From a virus (Duplodnaviria; Caudoviricetes), in the IMG/VR virus record IMGVR_UViG_3300018414_000181, positions 1 through 36,119 of that record: a stretch of 36,119 nucleotides of DNA. One strand, 5' to 3'. The number at the start of each line of letters is the position of its first letter. The stretch's first letter is position 1. Positions 9,291 to 18,306 of the stretch are shown piece by piece. The translations under genes and the position numbers were made by a program. Below the pieces are notes generated by a model. That model saw nothing but the letters and a program-made list of their open reading frames with translations, had not been told where the DNA came from and searched no databases.

Positions 9291-9717
9291 ACTCGGTTTG
9301 CTCGGCGATCCAAGGTGGTGCCACCGGGCGGTGCTCGATCTGCGGAAAGTCCGAAGACTGTGGCCAGTCTCGAAGAGCCTGAATGTAGCTCAGCAACCCC
9401 TTGAACTGCTCCGCATCAATGCTCGTCGGGGCTTCGATTTCAAGTTGATCCCGGTGCCGCTCGCGCAGCCACATGACAGATGCCAATTCTGCATCGCGCC
9501 ACTGGCGTTCCTGTGCTGCTGGATCCGGAAGCACCTCGGGGGCATCGATAAGATAGGGCAAACCCTGTGCATCGTGAGCACGGACCATCCCAGGGGCCGG
9601 GTTAGCGATCACCGATAGATAGAGCGCTTCGGGAATTTCAACCGCGTCGCCTGGAATCGCTGTATGCAGCCCACGCAAGTAAGTTGTTTGAGTCGTCTTG
9701 CTATAGAACCTGTTCAT
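9289..9717 (-). CDS. Tail fibre assembly chaperone
   Basis: ERQWRDAEL...WLRERHRDQ...YIQALRDWPQSSDFP...RPVAP; follows the tail fibre. Confidence 0.88.
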   Translation of the reverse strand: MNRFYSKTTQTTYLRGLHTAIPGDAVEIPEALYLSVIANPAPGMVRAHDAQGLPYLIDAPEVLPDPAAQERQWRDAELASVMWLRERHRDQLEIEAPTSIDAEQFKGLLSYIQALRDWPQSSDFPQIEHRPVAPPWIAEQTE

Positions 9718-9734
9718 GCCAATACCCCAAAATT

Positions 9735-11624
9735 TTATCGGCCGACTGCAAAGTACTTCGGAGTTACGTTCCCCGTCCCGCCGCTATTGAATAGATTGCA
9801 AAACGCTCTGAAACCATCCTTTGTTTCAGAGTGAGTCTGAACCATGCTGTCAAAGTTTCCTGTCGCCGCGTGCGCAGTCGAAGCGATAACAACAAAGCAT
9901 TCAGACGGAAACGATATTGGGAACGAAATGAGCTGTGCATCTGCAGCAGAGTTTCCACCAGCCTGCGGGACGCCAGTACCCCACTGAAAAACAAGACCGC
10001 CAAGCCAGACCGGGAAAGCAATGTAGCCGTTTGCCGCGAGACTTATAGCGAAGCCGAGGCGTAGCTTTTTCGGCGTAACCATTACCGAGTCGTTTGCGCT
10101 ATCGAGCATTTGTGCAGCCGTGCCAACCTTTGCCGTGCCCTGATTGACCTCGGTCGCCTGGGCTGCCAGAGAGGCCAGAGCTGCAACGTCAATGTTTCCT
10201 TGGTTGATCGGAGCGTTCCAGGCCTTGATGCACCACATGACCGATAAGTTGCGTGGCCGAGTTTCGCCCCCCCCTGTTTTCTTAGTCGGGTTGTCATAGT
10301 TCATAACCGGGCCACCATAATCGGCATAAAGAAAGCTGCCTATAGTGGTGCCACCAGTGTCTGAGTTAGGTACTCCGTGATCATGAGACTTCAACTCATC
10401 AGTTTGATAGCTTCCTAGCGCCCGGCCAGAATCCACACCGCGCCCATGGTCCCAGCCACGCAAAAACTCACCCCGGGAATCAGGTAGCCGGAAGTTACCA
10501 GCACCCTCGTCGCCCTTGTTGAAGGTAGTCCCCAGGTAAGCCGCCAGATCTGGATAAGCAGCACTGCTCTTCACACTGCCATCGATCTCAAGGAACCCCG
10601 GCGGCACGCTGGCTCTGGGAAACGCCACCATCGAGCCCACCGGTAACGACGACGCCTGGGCAACCAGGGCCTCGATCTCAGCCTTGGTGTAAGTGTCGGT
10701 AATGCCATGCCCGGCCAGGGTAGTCGGATTGGTCCCGGCAATCACCCGACCGTACTTGTCGACTGTGATGTTGGCATAGGAGCCCGCGCTGACACCGGTT
10801 CGCCCGATGGCCATCTCGAAGGCCAGCGGCGTGGTGCCGAGGACAATCGGCCCGTCGGTGACCAACTGCCAGACGCTGTCGCCGTTGACCGTGCCTGTCT
10901 CGATGCTGACGAATAGCCCGGGGGTGACCTCCAGACTGGTGTCAGCATCCTGGGCACGTTTCCAAACGCCCGTCGACGACACGACATACAGCCCGTTGTC
11001 CTTGGCCTGGGTCTGGTTTTTCACCAGCACCCGGGCATCGGCCGGCAGCAGTACGCCGTCGATGGTCTGAATCCCGCTCAAGGCGATGTTGGCGGTGGTG
11101 GCCACCAGCGCCGAGTGTTTGAAGTCCAACTTGGCCAGAGCCTCGATCACGGCATTGTCGACGTATTCCCGCGTGGCCAGGACCACCGCGGGGTCGATCT
11201 TCAGCACGATCTGCGCGGTGTTGGCAACGATGAAGTTCATGCGAATAACCTGGGTCTTGCCGGTGCCCTGGGCCAGCAAGGGCTTGAAGCTCGGCGCGCA
11301 GTTGGCCACCGCCACCAGATCACCATCGGCATCGAACAGGCCGATCTCCCGAATCCAGCGCCCACCCACATCGGACGGGATCACCTGCTCGGTGATGATG
11401 ATGTTCGGGTTCGCCGGGTCAGTGCGTACCTGGTTGACCGGAGCCCGGCGCCATTCGTTGATCAACTTGGTCTGGGTACGGTTCGGGATAGGGTCGGTGC
11501 CGTTGGCATCCCCTACCGCCATCTCCTTGAAGGTCCAGGGCACACCGAGCGCCGTAGCGTTGGCTTGTTTGGCCTCGCCTACCGCCGTGAGGATGGCGAA
11601 AAACTGACTGTTGGAATCGATCAT
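9735..11624 (-). CDS. Tail fibre protein (baseplate-anchoring N-terminus, tail collar domain, variable C-terminus)
   Basis: ILTAVGEAK...WIREIGL N-terminus; PVGSMVAF...FRLPDSRGEFLRGWDHGRGVD...ETRPRN collar domain; GLVFQWG...FPISFP C-terminal domain. Confidence 0.93.
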   Translation of the reverse strand: MIDSNSQFFAILTAVGEAKQANATALGVPWTFKEMAVGDANGTDPIPNRTQTKLINEWRRAPVNQVRTDPANPNIIITEQVIPSDVGGRWIREIGLFDADGDLVAVANCAPSFKPLLAQGTGKTQVIRMNFIVANTAQIVLKIDPAVVLATREYVDNAVIEALAKLDFKHSALVATTANIALSGIQTIDGVLLPADARVLVKNQTQAKDNGLYVVSSTGVWKRAQDADTSLEVTPGLFVSIETGTVNGDSVWQLVTDGPIVLGTTPLAFEMAIGRTGVSAGSYANITVDKYGRVIAGTNPTTLAGHGITDTYTKAEIEALVAQASSLPVGSMVAFPRASVPPGFLEIDGSVKSSAAYPDLAAYLGTTFNKGDEGAGNFRLPDSRGEFLRGWDHGRGVDSGRALGSYQTDELKSHDHGVPNSDTGGTTIGSFLYADYGGPVMNYDNPTKKTGGGETRPRNLSVMWCIKAWNAPINQGNIDVAALASLAAQATEVNQGTAKVGTAAQMLDSANDSVMVTPKKLRLGFAISLAANGYIAFPVWLGGLVFQWGTGVPQAGGNSAADAQLISFPISFPSECFVVIASTAHAATGNFDSMVQTHSETKDGFRAFCNLFNSGGTGNVTPKYFAVGR

Positions 11625-12226
11625 GGGTACACGTCCAGGGTGTCTGTTTCATCAATGCACACGACCTGGCCATAACGGCCGGTCACTTCGATATCGCGGG
11701 GTGTCGGAGGGTAAACGTCGATCACTTCGCCCTGGTCCACATAGGCGCCGTAGCCGATCACCCCTGAGGTTTCCAGGCTGATGGCCAGGCCGGTCATGTG
11801 CCGGCTGACGGGCTTGGCGTCGTCGATCAGCCGGGTCAGTTCCTGATACATCTCCTCGGTGATGCCGGTATCCAGCACGCCGACTTTCAGGGCAAAGGTG
11901 GCCGGTTCACCGGCGGGCACCGTCTGCCACCACTCGACCACCTCGATCAGGTAGCCCAGCGGCTCCACCACCCGGCGCAGCGCGCCGATGGTGCCCTTGC
12001 GGGCATGGATGAAGTGGGCCGCCCTGATAGCGTTGCGCTTGACCGTCTCGGACCAGCGCGGGTCCCAGCGATCCACCGACCAGGCCCAGGCCAACTGGGG
12101 CAGCAGATGCACCGGACAGGTCGCGGGGTTGTACAGGGTGCGCAGCACAATAGAGGTGTCGCCGGCGTTCGCAGCCTCAAGGGCCCTTTCCAGCGGCGTA
12201 CTGTTGATCGGCAATAGGCTGGTCAT
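11621..12226 (-). CDS. Baseplate/tail protein I (P2 gpI-like)
   Basis: MTSLLPINSTPLE, LAWAWSVDRW, HARKGT motifs; true start at ATG 12226. Confidence 0.92.
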   Translation of the reverse strand: MTSLLPINSTPLERALEAANAGDTSIVLRTLYNPATCPVHLLPQLAWAWSVDRWDPRWSETVKRNAIRAAHFIHARKGTIGALRRVVEPLGYLIEVVEWWQTVPAGEPATFALKVGVLDTGITEEMYQELTRLIDDAKPVSRHMTGLAISLETSGVIGYGAYVDQGEVIDVYPPTPRDIEVTGRYGQVVCIDETDTLDVYP

Positions 12227-12227
12227 G

Positions 12228-13109
12228 TCAGCCTCCCAGCGTGACGCTGTAGCCGGTGCAGTACGCCGCCTGCGCCCGGGTCGGGGCAATGTCTTGCCAC
12301 CCTGGCAACTCGACCCGGGCCACGCCAGGCACATGCAGTTGCGCATCAATGGCCGAACGGGCCACCTCGATGCCCAGGCGCCGACGTGGGTTGACCCAGG
12401 CGGCCAGCTTGCGCTCAGCCTCAGCCAACGCGGCATCACTCTCCGGCCCCGGGCCCTTCATGTGCAGCACCGCATCAATGCGGTACGGCAGCACCTGGGC
12501 ACTCTGCACCGTGACCCGATCCCCCAGCGGCCGCACGTCCTCATCATTGAGGGCTGCCACGACTGTCGCCAGCAGCTCGGGAGCGGCCGCGCCGTCGCTT
12601 TCCAGGCTCAGCACCGTGACCGTCACACAAGCCGGTGACGGGCTTTCGGCCTCGGCATCGGCCACCAGCGCCGAGGCATTGCGCGCATGCAGGATGTAGC
12701 TATTGCGCGGGCCCGCCGTGGTCAGCCCCTCATAGGCCAACTGAACACGCTCGCGCAGTGCGTCGTCAGCTTCCTTGACCTCCTCCACCGGCGGCACCGC
12801 CTGCGAATCACCGGCCTGGATCACCAGGCGCTGCAAGTTCACGTTGGCGGCCAGGTGATCCAAATCAGAGCCCTTGGCATGGGCCAACAGCAGCGCCTTG
12901 GCAGCATCGTTGACCCGGGCCCGCAGTTGCATATCCCCGTAAGCCGACAGCTCCAGCTGCTTGGTGACCGGGTCGCTCTCCAGGTCAGCGGTCCAGTTCT
13001 CGCCCATGTGCAGGCGAAAGGCCGCCAGCTTGCTCTGATACAGTGCTTCAAAGTCCAGGGCTTCCAGCACCTGCGGCGCTGGCAGTACCGACAAGTCCAG
13101 CATGCTCAT
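12228..13109 (-). CDS. Baseplate J-like protein
   Basis: LDLSVLPAP, RARVNDAA, GSDLDHLAA, VRPLGDRVTV motifs. Confidence 0.93.
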   Translation of the reverse strand: MSMLDLSVLPAPQVLEALDFEALYQSKLAAFRLHMGENWTADLESDPVTKQLELSAYGDMQLRARVNDAAKALLLAHAKGSDLDHLAANVNLQRLVIQAGDSQAVPPVEEVKEADDALRERVQLAYEGLTTAGPRNSYILHARNASALVADAEAESPSPACVTVTVLSLESDGAAAPELLATVVAALNDEDVRPLGDRVTVQSAQVLPYRIDAVLHMKGPGPESDAALAEAERKLAAWVNPRRRLGIEVARSAIDAQLHVPGVARVELPGWQDIAPTRAQAAYCTGYSVTLGG

Positions 13110-13432
13110 GCCGTTACCTCCAAAACCGCGTTATTACCCAGGTACTGGCCGACCAGCTCGAAGCTGATCTGGCCACCCACAACCGCTACCACCCGCACCC
13201 GCTCCAGCTTCAAGCGTGGCTCCCAGCGCAAAAGCGCCCGGGCCACCTCGGCCTGCACCGCGCTTTTCCAGCCGCCGGTCACTGGCAAGTCGACGTATCG
13301 GCGCAGGTTGCTGCCGTACTCCGGCCGCATCCGCCGGCTGCCCAGCGGAGTGGTCAGGATGTCCTCGATGGACTGCCGCACATGCTCGATGCCCGACAGC
13401 GGCTGGCCGGTGCGGCGATCCATTCCGATCAT
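13106..13432 (-). CDS. Baseplate wedge protein W (gp25-like)
   Basis: QSIEDILTTPLGSRRMRPEYGS...WEPR. Confidence 0.93.
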   Translation of the reverse strand: MIGMDRRTGQPLSGIEHVRQSIEDILTTPLGSRRMRPEYGSNLRRYVDLPVTGGWKSAVQAEVARALLRWEPRLKLERVRVVAVVGGQISFELVGQYLGNNAVLEVTA

Positions 13433-13436
13433 CGCG

Positions 13437-13637
13437 CTACTCCTGCTGCAGATCCGGGTGCTTGCTCAGGTACTCCCGCGCGGCGCTGTCTCCAGCGTCA
13501 GCGGATACCCGCCCCTGGACCACGGCCAACTGGCGGCCGTCCGGCAGGATCAGCACCCGGGAGGTGTAGAGGGTGTCTCGGAACACCGCAGGGCCAGCAC
13601 TGGCCGATTCGACGGTGAGTCTCTTGGGGGTGGACAT
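13437..13637 (-). CDS. Small hypothetical protein between gpV and gpW
   Basis: ORF with GGAG RBS filling the gap in the operon. Confidence 0.7.
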   Translation of the reverse strand: MSTPKRLTVESASAGPAVFRDTLYTSRVLILPDGRQLAVVQGRVSADAGDSAAREYLSKHPDLQQE

Positions 13638-13653
13638 GCTTTTCTCCAGGTAC

Positions 13654-13675
13654 AAAAAAGCCGCTTTAAGCGGCT
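13654..13675 (-). terminator. Intrinsic terminator after gpV
   Basis: Minus strand AGCCGCT-TAA-AGCGGCT followed by TTTTT. Confidence 0.65.
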
Positions 13676-13701
13676 CGGGTTGAGTAAGAGTTGCAGGGGA
13701 A

Positions 13702-14295
13702 TCATTGCGACGGCGCCGTTCCCCCAGGGCCCGGCATCACTCCCAGGTGGGTATGAGTCGATCCAACGTTAACCCCGTTGTGCTTCAAGCTCGCGCCGTT
13801 GATTTGCACTTCGCCATTCAAGGTGATCTGCCCGGTTAGCGTGATGGTGTCGGCCTTGCCTGTAATGCTGCTATCCGTCACCACCGCCGAGCTGCCGCCG
13901 ACCTGAATGGTCACCGTGCCGCTGGGCAGGTTGATGCTGTAGCTTTTGGCCTGCCAGTCGTAGATCAGCGAACCGCCATCGTCGAAGCGCCAGACCTCGA
14001 CGTGGTCGCGGTTATCCGGCTGCGCACCGGCGTTGCCGTACAGACCAGGGACGAAGGTGCCTTGTGCTGGCTCGCCACTGGGGCTGATCAAGGCCCCCTG
14101 CTCACCCAGACTCGGCGCCCGCCAGTGCCGAGCCTTACCGGCGGCCTGGCTGTGCCAGCGGACCCAGGCGCTGGTCCAGCCGGCGCCGTCAGACACTCGC
14201 ACCGTCCCACCAGCGAGATCCACAGCGACCACACTGCATGGGATGATCAGGCCCGCGATCATGCGGTCATGTGCAGCTGCAACGTAGCCGCTCAT
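13702..14295 (-). CDS. Baseplate spike protein V
   Basis: WRAPSLGEQ motif, FDDG...YD, C-terminal metal-binding HTH.G.PG (HxH). Confidence 0.93.
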   Translation of the reverse strand: MSGYVAAAHDRMIAGLIIPCSVVAVDLAGGTVRVSDGAGWTSAWVRWHSQAAGKARHWRAPSLGEQGALISPSGEPAQGTFVPGLYGNAGAQPDNRDHVEVWRFDDGGSLIYDWQAKSYSINLPSGTVTIQVGGSSAVVTDSSITGKADTITLTGQITLNGEVQINGASLKHNGVNVGSTHTHLGVMPGPGGTAPSQ

Positions 14296-14804
14296 GGCTG
14301 GACCTCGACACGGACACCCGGGGCATCCTCCCCGAGGTTAAGTTCAAGGACACCCGCCGGCTGATTCGGCCACGGCCATTCCTCTTTGCCGAGGTATATC
14401 CCCTGGGTCCACTCCACGACCCAGACCGCGTACCCATCCAACTCGGGACGTGTCCAGTCCTGGGCCGACCGCACAAACTCTGCAGCGGCCACCTCGACAC
14501 CCCAGGTTTGCATGCGCAACAGCACCGCAATCTGCGAAGCAACGAAGGCCGCTTGCTGCTGACACTGGGGTAGTTCAGATCCCACGATTACTCGCGCCTC
14601 AAAGCGAGCCTCCAGTGCCGTTTCGCCGGTCATCTGATCGCTACCTGGCTCCAGCTCCACCAACTCAATCACCACCGCCGGGATCGCCACACGATCCAAC
14701 AGATCGGGCATGACCGCGACATAGGCCAAGCCCTGGATGGCATCGCGAATATGTTGCTCTATCGCGCAGTACAACTGGTCCAGGCTGAAAGGTTCATCAG
14801 GCAC
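14292..14804 (-). CDS. Putative tail completion/terminator protein
   Basis: Synteny between gpZ-like and gpV; GTG start overlaps the upstream stop; W.VEW.Q motif. Confidence 0.65.
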   Translation of the reverse strand: MPDEPFSLDQLYCAIEQHIRDAIQGLAYVAVMPDLLDRVAIPAVVIELVELEPGSDQMTGETALEARFEARVIVGSELPQCQQQAAFVASQIAVLLRMQTWGVEVAAAEFVRSAQDWTRPELDGYAVWVVEWTQGIYLGKEEWPWPNQPAGVLELNLGEDAPGVRVEVQP

Positions 14805-15450
14805 GTTTGCCACCTCGCAGATACTTCTGCAGCTCAAAGTTCAGTTCCTGTTCGAGGATTTCCAGCAGCCTTTCATCAGCCCGCTTGACCCATTCATCAA
14901 AGATCGGCCGCACGTCATCCAGCGACACCTTGGCCTTGGCCAGGGGGAAGCGGTTGTCGTTCTCGTTGATGAAGCCTGAGCGCCGCTTGCCCTCCCGTGT
15001 TTCGGGGTAGTCGCTCGGGTCGAAGTGCTTGCTGCCAGTCCGAATCCAGATATCGGCCTGGCTGCCATAGACCTTCTTGAAGAAGGCCCCCTGATAGCGC
15101 CGCCCCGCGACCGACACACCCGACCGATTCTGGCGGGCTCGACCGATCCGGCTCGACTCAATCGGGTTGATGCCGAACCAGAGCTTGCCCTGTCCGTTGC
15201 TGTTGATGGGGTAAGCCCGCAAACGCTGGCGAACAGCTCCGACCGCAATGCGCTCCTTGCTGCTGACAGCCCTGGCGATGTAGGTCCGCAACCAACGCAA
15301 GGTTTTGTTTATCGCCCGGCGCTGGGCCGCTGCCGCTGCCTTGGGCACCACGGCCGCAAAGTCCTTGAACGCCTGCATATCGACGGCCGAGGGCTGCAGC
15401 GTGATCATGCCTTTGCTGGCCGATTGCCGTGCGTAGCTGCCGATGCTCAT
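14797..15450 (-). CDS. Minor tail protein Z-like (neck/tail completion)
   Basis: Basic protein, RAINKTLRWLRT motif; synteny. Confidence 0.7.
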   Translation of the reverse strand: MSIGSYARQSASKGMITLQPSAVDMQAFKDFAAVVPKAAAAAQRRAINKTLRWLRTYIARAVSSKERIAVGAVRQRLRAYPINSNGQGKLWFGINPIESSRIGRARQNRSGVSVAGRRYQGAFFKKVYGSQADIWIRTGSKHFDPSDYPETREGKRRSGFINENDNRFPLAKAKVSLDDVRPIFDEWVKRADERLLEILEQELNFELQKYLRGGKRA

Positions 15451-15761
15451 GGATTGATCCTCAGAATGAGACTGACCAGGCCATCGCCTCCTGGCTCAAT
15501 CAGAACCAAGGTGTACAGGCCACCTCCATCGTGCGCGGGCAGATCGATGCGCACCTGCTGACGTACCTCTACCCCCTCGGCATCCGATACACGGATCACC
15601 AGATGTGGCTCGCGCAGGCCCGTATTCATCTTGCCGAGCTTGGGTTGCAGCCAAGGCGCCGAGAACATCCCCAGCACCTCGCGCCCTTCGATGTAGGCCG
15701 TATCCCCCAGCGCCTCGAACACCGCATCGTCAACATCGGCGACCAGCTCGCGAATGCCCAC
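15447..15761 (-). CDS. Head-tail joining protein
   Basis: ~104 aa directly after the capsid gene; EPGGDGLVSLIL C-terminus. Confidence 0.65.
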   Translation of the reverse strand: MGIRELVADVDDAVFEALGDTAYIEGREVLGMFSAPWLQPKLGKMNTGLREPHLVIRVSDAEGVEVRQQVRIDLPAHDGGGLYTLVLIEPGGDGLVSLILRINP

Positions 15762-15763
15762 GG

Positions 15764-16759
15764 CTACATCTCCAGCAGGATCTGCGCCAATGGCCGCGTG
15801 CACAGGTGCAGCGGGTTGGACTGCGCTTCGCCGGCCATGCCCTTGCCGAACGGCATCGGCTCGATCTTGCTGTAGTACGGCAGGCCCTCGGTGTTGACCG
15901 TCTCCATGTAGTCGGCCGGGGCAAACACCGAGATGTACAGATCCGGTACGCCCTCGGGAATCAGCAGCGCCTTGTCGTCATGAACAAAGGAAGCCCCAGC
16001 AACCTTGCCGCGATAGCGCTCCCAAACGATGCCACCGAACTCGAAGCTCTCGCGGGCATCACCCCGCAGTGCTGCAGCCTGCTGGGTGTTGAGGAAGGTT
16101 TGCTTGACCTTCTCGTGGACGATCAGCTTGTTCCAGAAGTTCTTGCCACAGAAAGCTCGTGCTCCGGTGCTGGTGATACTGCCCAAGGCATCCTCTTGCA
16201 GGTCCAGGGCCTCGCCGCATTTGACGCGGATTTCAGTGGCAGGGTCGTTGAGCCCCATCGGCATCTTTTTGCGAGTCACCCCAAAGGTCTTGTAGATGTC
16301 CAACAGCACCGTTTTGCCGTCCGCATCGAGGATCTGGCCGTTCAAGGCACCCATGCGCTGGAATTCGTGGGTGGCGTCCAACTGTCGACGGCACTTGGCC
16401 AGGCGTTTGTTAACCACGTCCTGCACCGACTGCAGCTCACTGCGGGTACCGAAAGCGCGGATGCCCTGGATCTCGTCGGCCTTGATGGCAAAGCGTTCCG
16501 GCAGGTGCACGGTGTTAAACGGGATCAGGTTGCGCTTGCTACCACCGACCACCAGGCCCGAGGTGCCACGCTCGCCCGCAGGGACCAGGGCTATGGTGTC
16601 GCCGTCCTTCTCGATCTGCACTGTCAGGGTGGTAATACCCTGCTCCTGAAACAGGCCCAGGCCGCTTATACGACCCGGGAGATACTCCTGATCGTTGATC
16701 GCCGCCGTCAGCGAAGAAACAGAAAACGCGTCGTCGTTGAAAATCTCAATGTCAGCCAT
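15764..16759 (-). CDS. Major capsid protein (lambda E family)
   Basis: SLTAAIN...LGLF, T.EFQRMGALNG.ILDADG, AQSNPL.LCTRP motifs. Confidence 0.93.
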   Translation of the reverse strand: MADIEIFNDDAFSVSSLTAAINDQEYLPGRISGLGLFQEQGITTLTVQIEKDGDTIALVPAGERGTSGLVVGGSKRNLIPFNTVHLPERFAIKADEIQGIRAFGTRSELQSVQDVVNKRLAKCRRQLDATHEFQRMGALNGQILDADGKTVLLDIYKTFGVTRKKMPMGLNDPATEIRVKCGEALDLQEDALGSITSTGARAFCGKNFWNKLIVHEKVKQTFLNTQQAAALRGDARESFEFGGIVWERYRGKVAGASFVHDDKALLIPEGVPDLYISVFAPADYMETVNTEGLPYYSKIEPMPFGKGMAGEAQSNPLHLCTRPLAQILLEM

Positions 16760-16778
16760 GAAGCAATCTCCAGAAAGC

Positions 16779-16800
16779 AAAAAACCCGCAAAGGCGGGCT
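16779..16800 (-). terminator. Terminator-like hairpin between decoration and capsid genes
   Basis: Minus strand CCCGC-CTTT-GCGGG followed by TTTTTT. Confidence 0.6.
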
Positions 16801-16822
16801 CGGTAAACGAGGGTGAATCGTC

Positions 16823-17167
16823 TTAGCGGACGATCACGAAATGAGTCGCCAGGGCCTTCTCGGCGGCTGGGTCCAGGCCGATCAGGTGCGCTTCGCTGAC
16901 CTCGGCCAAACGCACCACAGCGCGACCGCGACGAACCACATCCGACTCACCCAAGGGGCCATAGAGAATGGCCTGGGCGTTTTCGCTACCGTCCTCGGCG
17001 GTCGGTTTGTAGGGGGCAAACTCACCGGTAGCCACCACCAGGCCGAGGATCTGCCCCGGCTCCAGAGCTGGGCCCGCCGCCACGTTGATGGCTTCGCGGG
17101 AAATGGTGCCGGCCCCTTCGGACAGCAGGAATTCACCCGCATGCATCGGCTCACGTTGAATGGTCAT
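16823..17167 (-). CDS. Head decoration protein (lambda D family)
   Basis: GEFLLSEG.G.ISRE, PGQILG, DGSENAQAIL motifs. Confidence 0.88.
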   Translation of the reverse strand: MTIQREPMHAGEFLLSEGAGTISREAINVAAGPALEPGQILGLVVATGEFAPYKPTAEDGSENAQAILYGPLGESDVVRRGRAVVRLAEVSEAHLIGLDPAAEKALATHFVIVR

Positions 17168-18306
17168 GGTCTAGCTCCTTTTGCGGATGGGTTTCGTGCG
17201 GCCTGGCGAGCGGCCCAGATGGAGGGCTGATCAATCTGTTTGGCCTGCACTTTGGGTGGTGGATCTGCTTCAAGCGGCAGACTGTTGTCGATCTCGAAAC
17301 CCTTGCCGCTGCCCACCAGCTTGTCGAACAGCCGCGCCCGCACAGCGGCAGCATCCAGACCGGCCGCCACATACTCGGCACTGAACTCAGGCAAACGGGC
17401 GGCCACGCACAGGTCGTTGATGGCTTTGGCCCGGGTCAAACCCGCCTGGACAACGGCCTCGCTTTCCAGCTGGGTGGACTTCAACAGTGGCTCGATCAGG
17501 TTGCTGATACCGGCAGCCGTGCAGCGCTGGGTGACGAGCAGCGCAAGCTGTGCGGCATCCACCACCGGAGCCGGCTCTGGCGGATCGGCTGGCACCTGCG
17601 GATCTGGCTGCGGCGCTTCATCCAATTGGGCCAGCAGCTCAGCCGGCGCATTGTGAAAGCGTTGCAGCGCCGCGCCCTGGCCCAAGCAAGCTTTGACCGT
17701 GACACCGTCGCCCACCTCGTCCGCCAGGCCCAGGGCAACCGCCTCGTTCGCCGTCAGCCACGTTTCGGCATCAACGAGGCGCCGCAGCTCCTCTTCATCG
17801 ATGTCCGGTGCCTTGGCCTTATAGGCGGCGATGATGGCTTCCATGGTCTGGTCGAGCACCTGGGCCACTTTGCGAAAGTCCTCGGCATCGCCCGAGGCGT
17901 AGGTCCAGGGGTTGTGAATCATCAGCATGGCATTGGCCGCGATCACCACCCGGTGAGCGCCGCACACTGCCACGCTGGCAGCACTGGCGGCCAGGGCGTC
18001 GATACGGCCGGTGCAGCGCTCCCCCAACCGCGACAGCGCGTTGTGAATGGCCAGGCCGTCGAACAGGTCACCGCCTATGCTGTTAAACGCGGCGATCACC
18101 GGAGACGCCCCGTCGTCCAGGGCCCGCAGATCCTGCACAAACTGATTGGCCGTCACGCCCCAGGTACCGATCTCGCCATACACGAAGACTTCAATGCTGC
18201 GCTGTTCGGCTTCGCCGCTGGCCCGCAGGGTGTACCAGGATTGGTCCTTGACCGGCACCAGCTTGCCGGCCTTGTCGTAAACGCGCACCTGCGCTTTCTT
18301 GCTCAT
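17164..18306 (-). CDS. ClpP-like head maturation protease with scaffold-like C-terminus
   Basis: FNSIGGDLFDGLAIHN, LAASAAS (catalytic Ser), MIHNPW, ETWLTANEAV.LGLAD. Confidence 0.93.
   Translation of the reverse strand: MSKKAQVRVYDKAGKLVPVKDQSWYTLRASGEAEQRSIEVFVYGEIGTWGVTANQFVQDLRALDDGASPVIAAFNSIGGDLFDGLAIHNALSRLGERCTGRIDALAASAASVAVCGAHRVVIAANAMLMIHNPWTYASGDAEDFRKVAQVLDQTMEAIIAAYKAKAPDIDEEELRRLVDAETWLTANEAVALGLADEVGDGVTVKACLGQGAALQRFHNAPAELLAQLDEAPQPDPQVPADPPEPAPVVDAAQLALLVTQRCTAAGISNLIEPLLKSTQLESEAVVQAGLTRAKAINDLCVAARLPEFSAEYVAAGLDAAAVRARLFDKLVGSGKGFEIDNSLPLEADPPPKVQAKQIDQPSIWAARQAARNPSAKGARP

Noticed and set aside
9289-11624. Diversity-generating retroelement or invertible tail-fibre switch
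   Set aside because: No reverse transcriptase, invertase, template repeat or duplicated fibre tip in the window
2311-16775. Recurring (TTT)CTGGAG motif before several late genes
   Set aside because: Explained as the GGAG ribosome-binding site following terminator U-tracts
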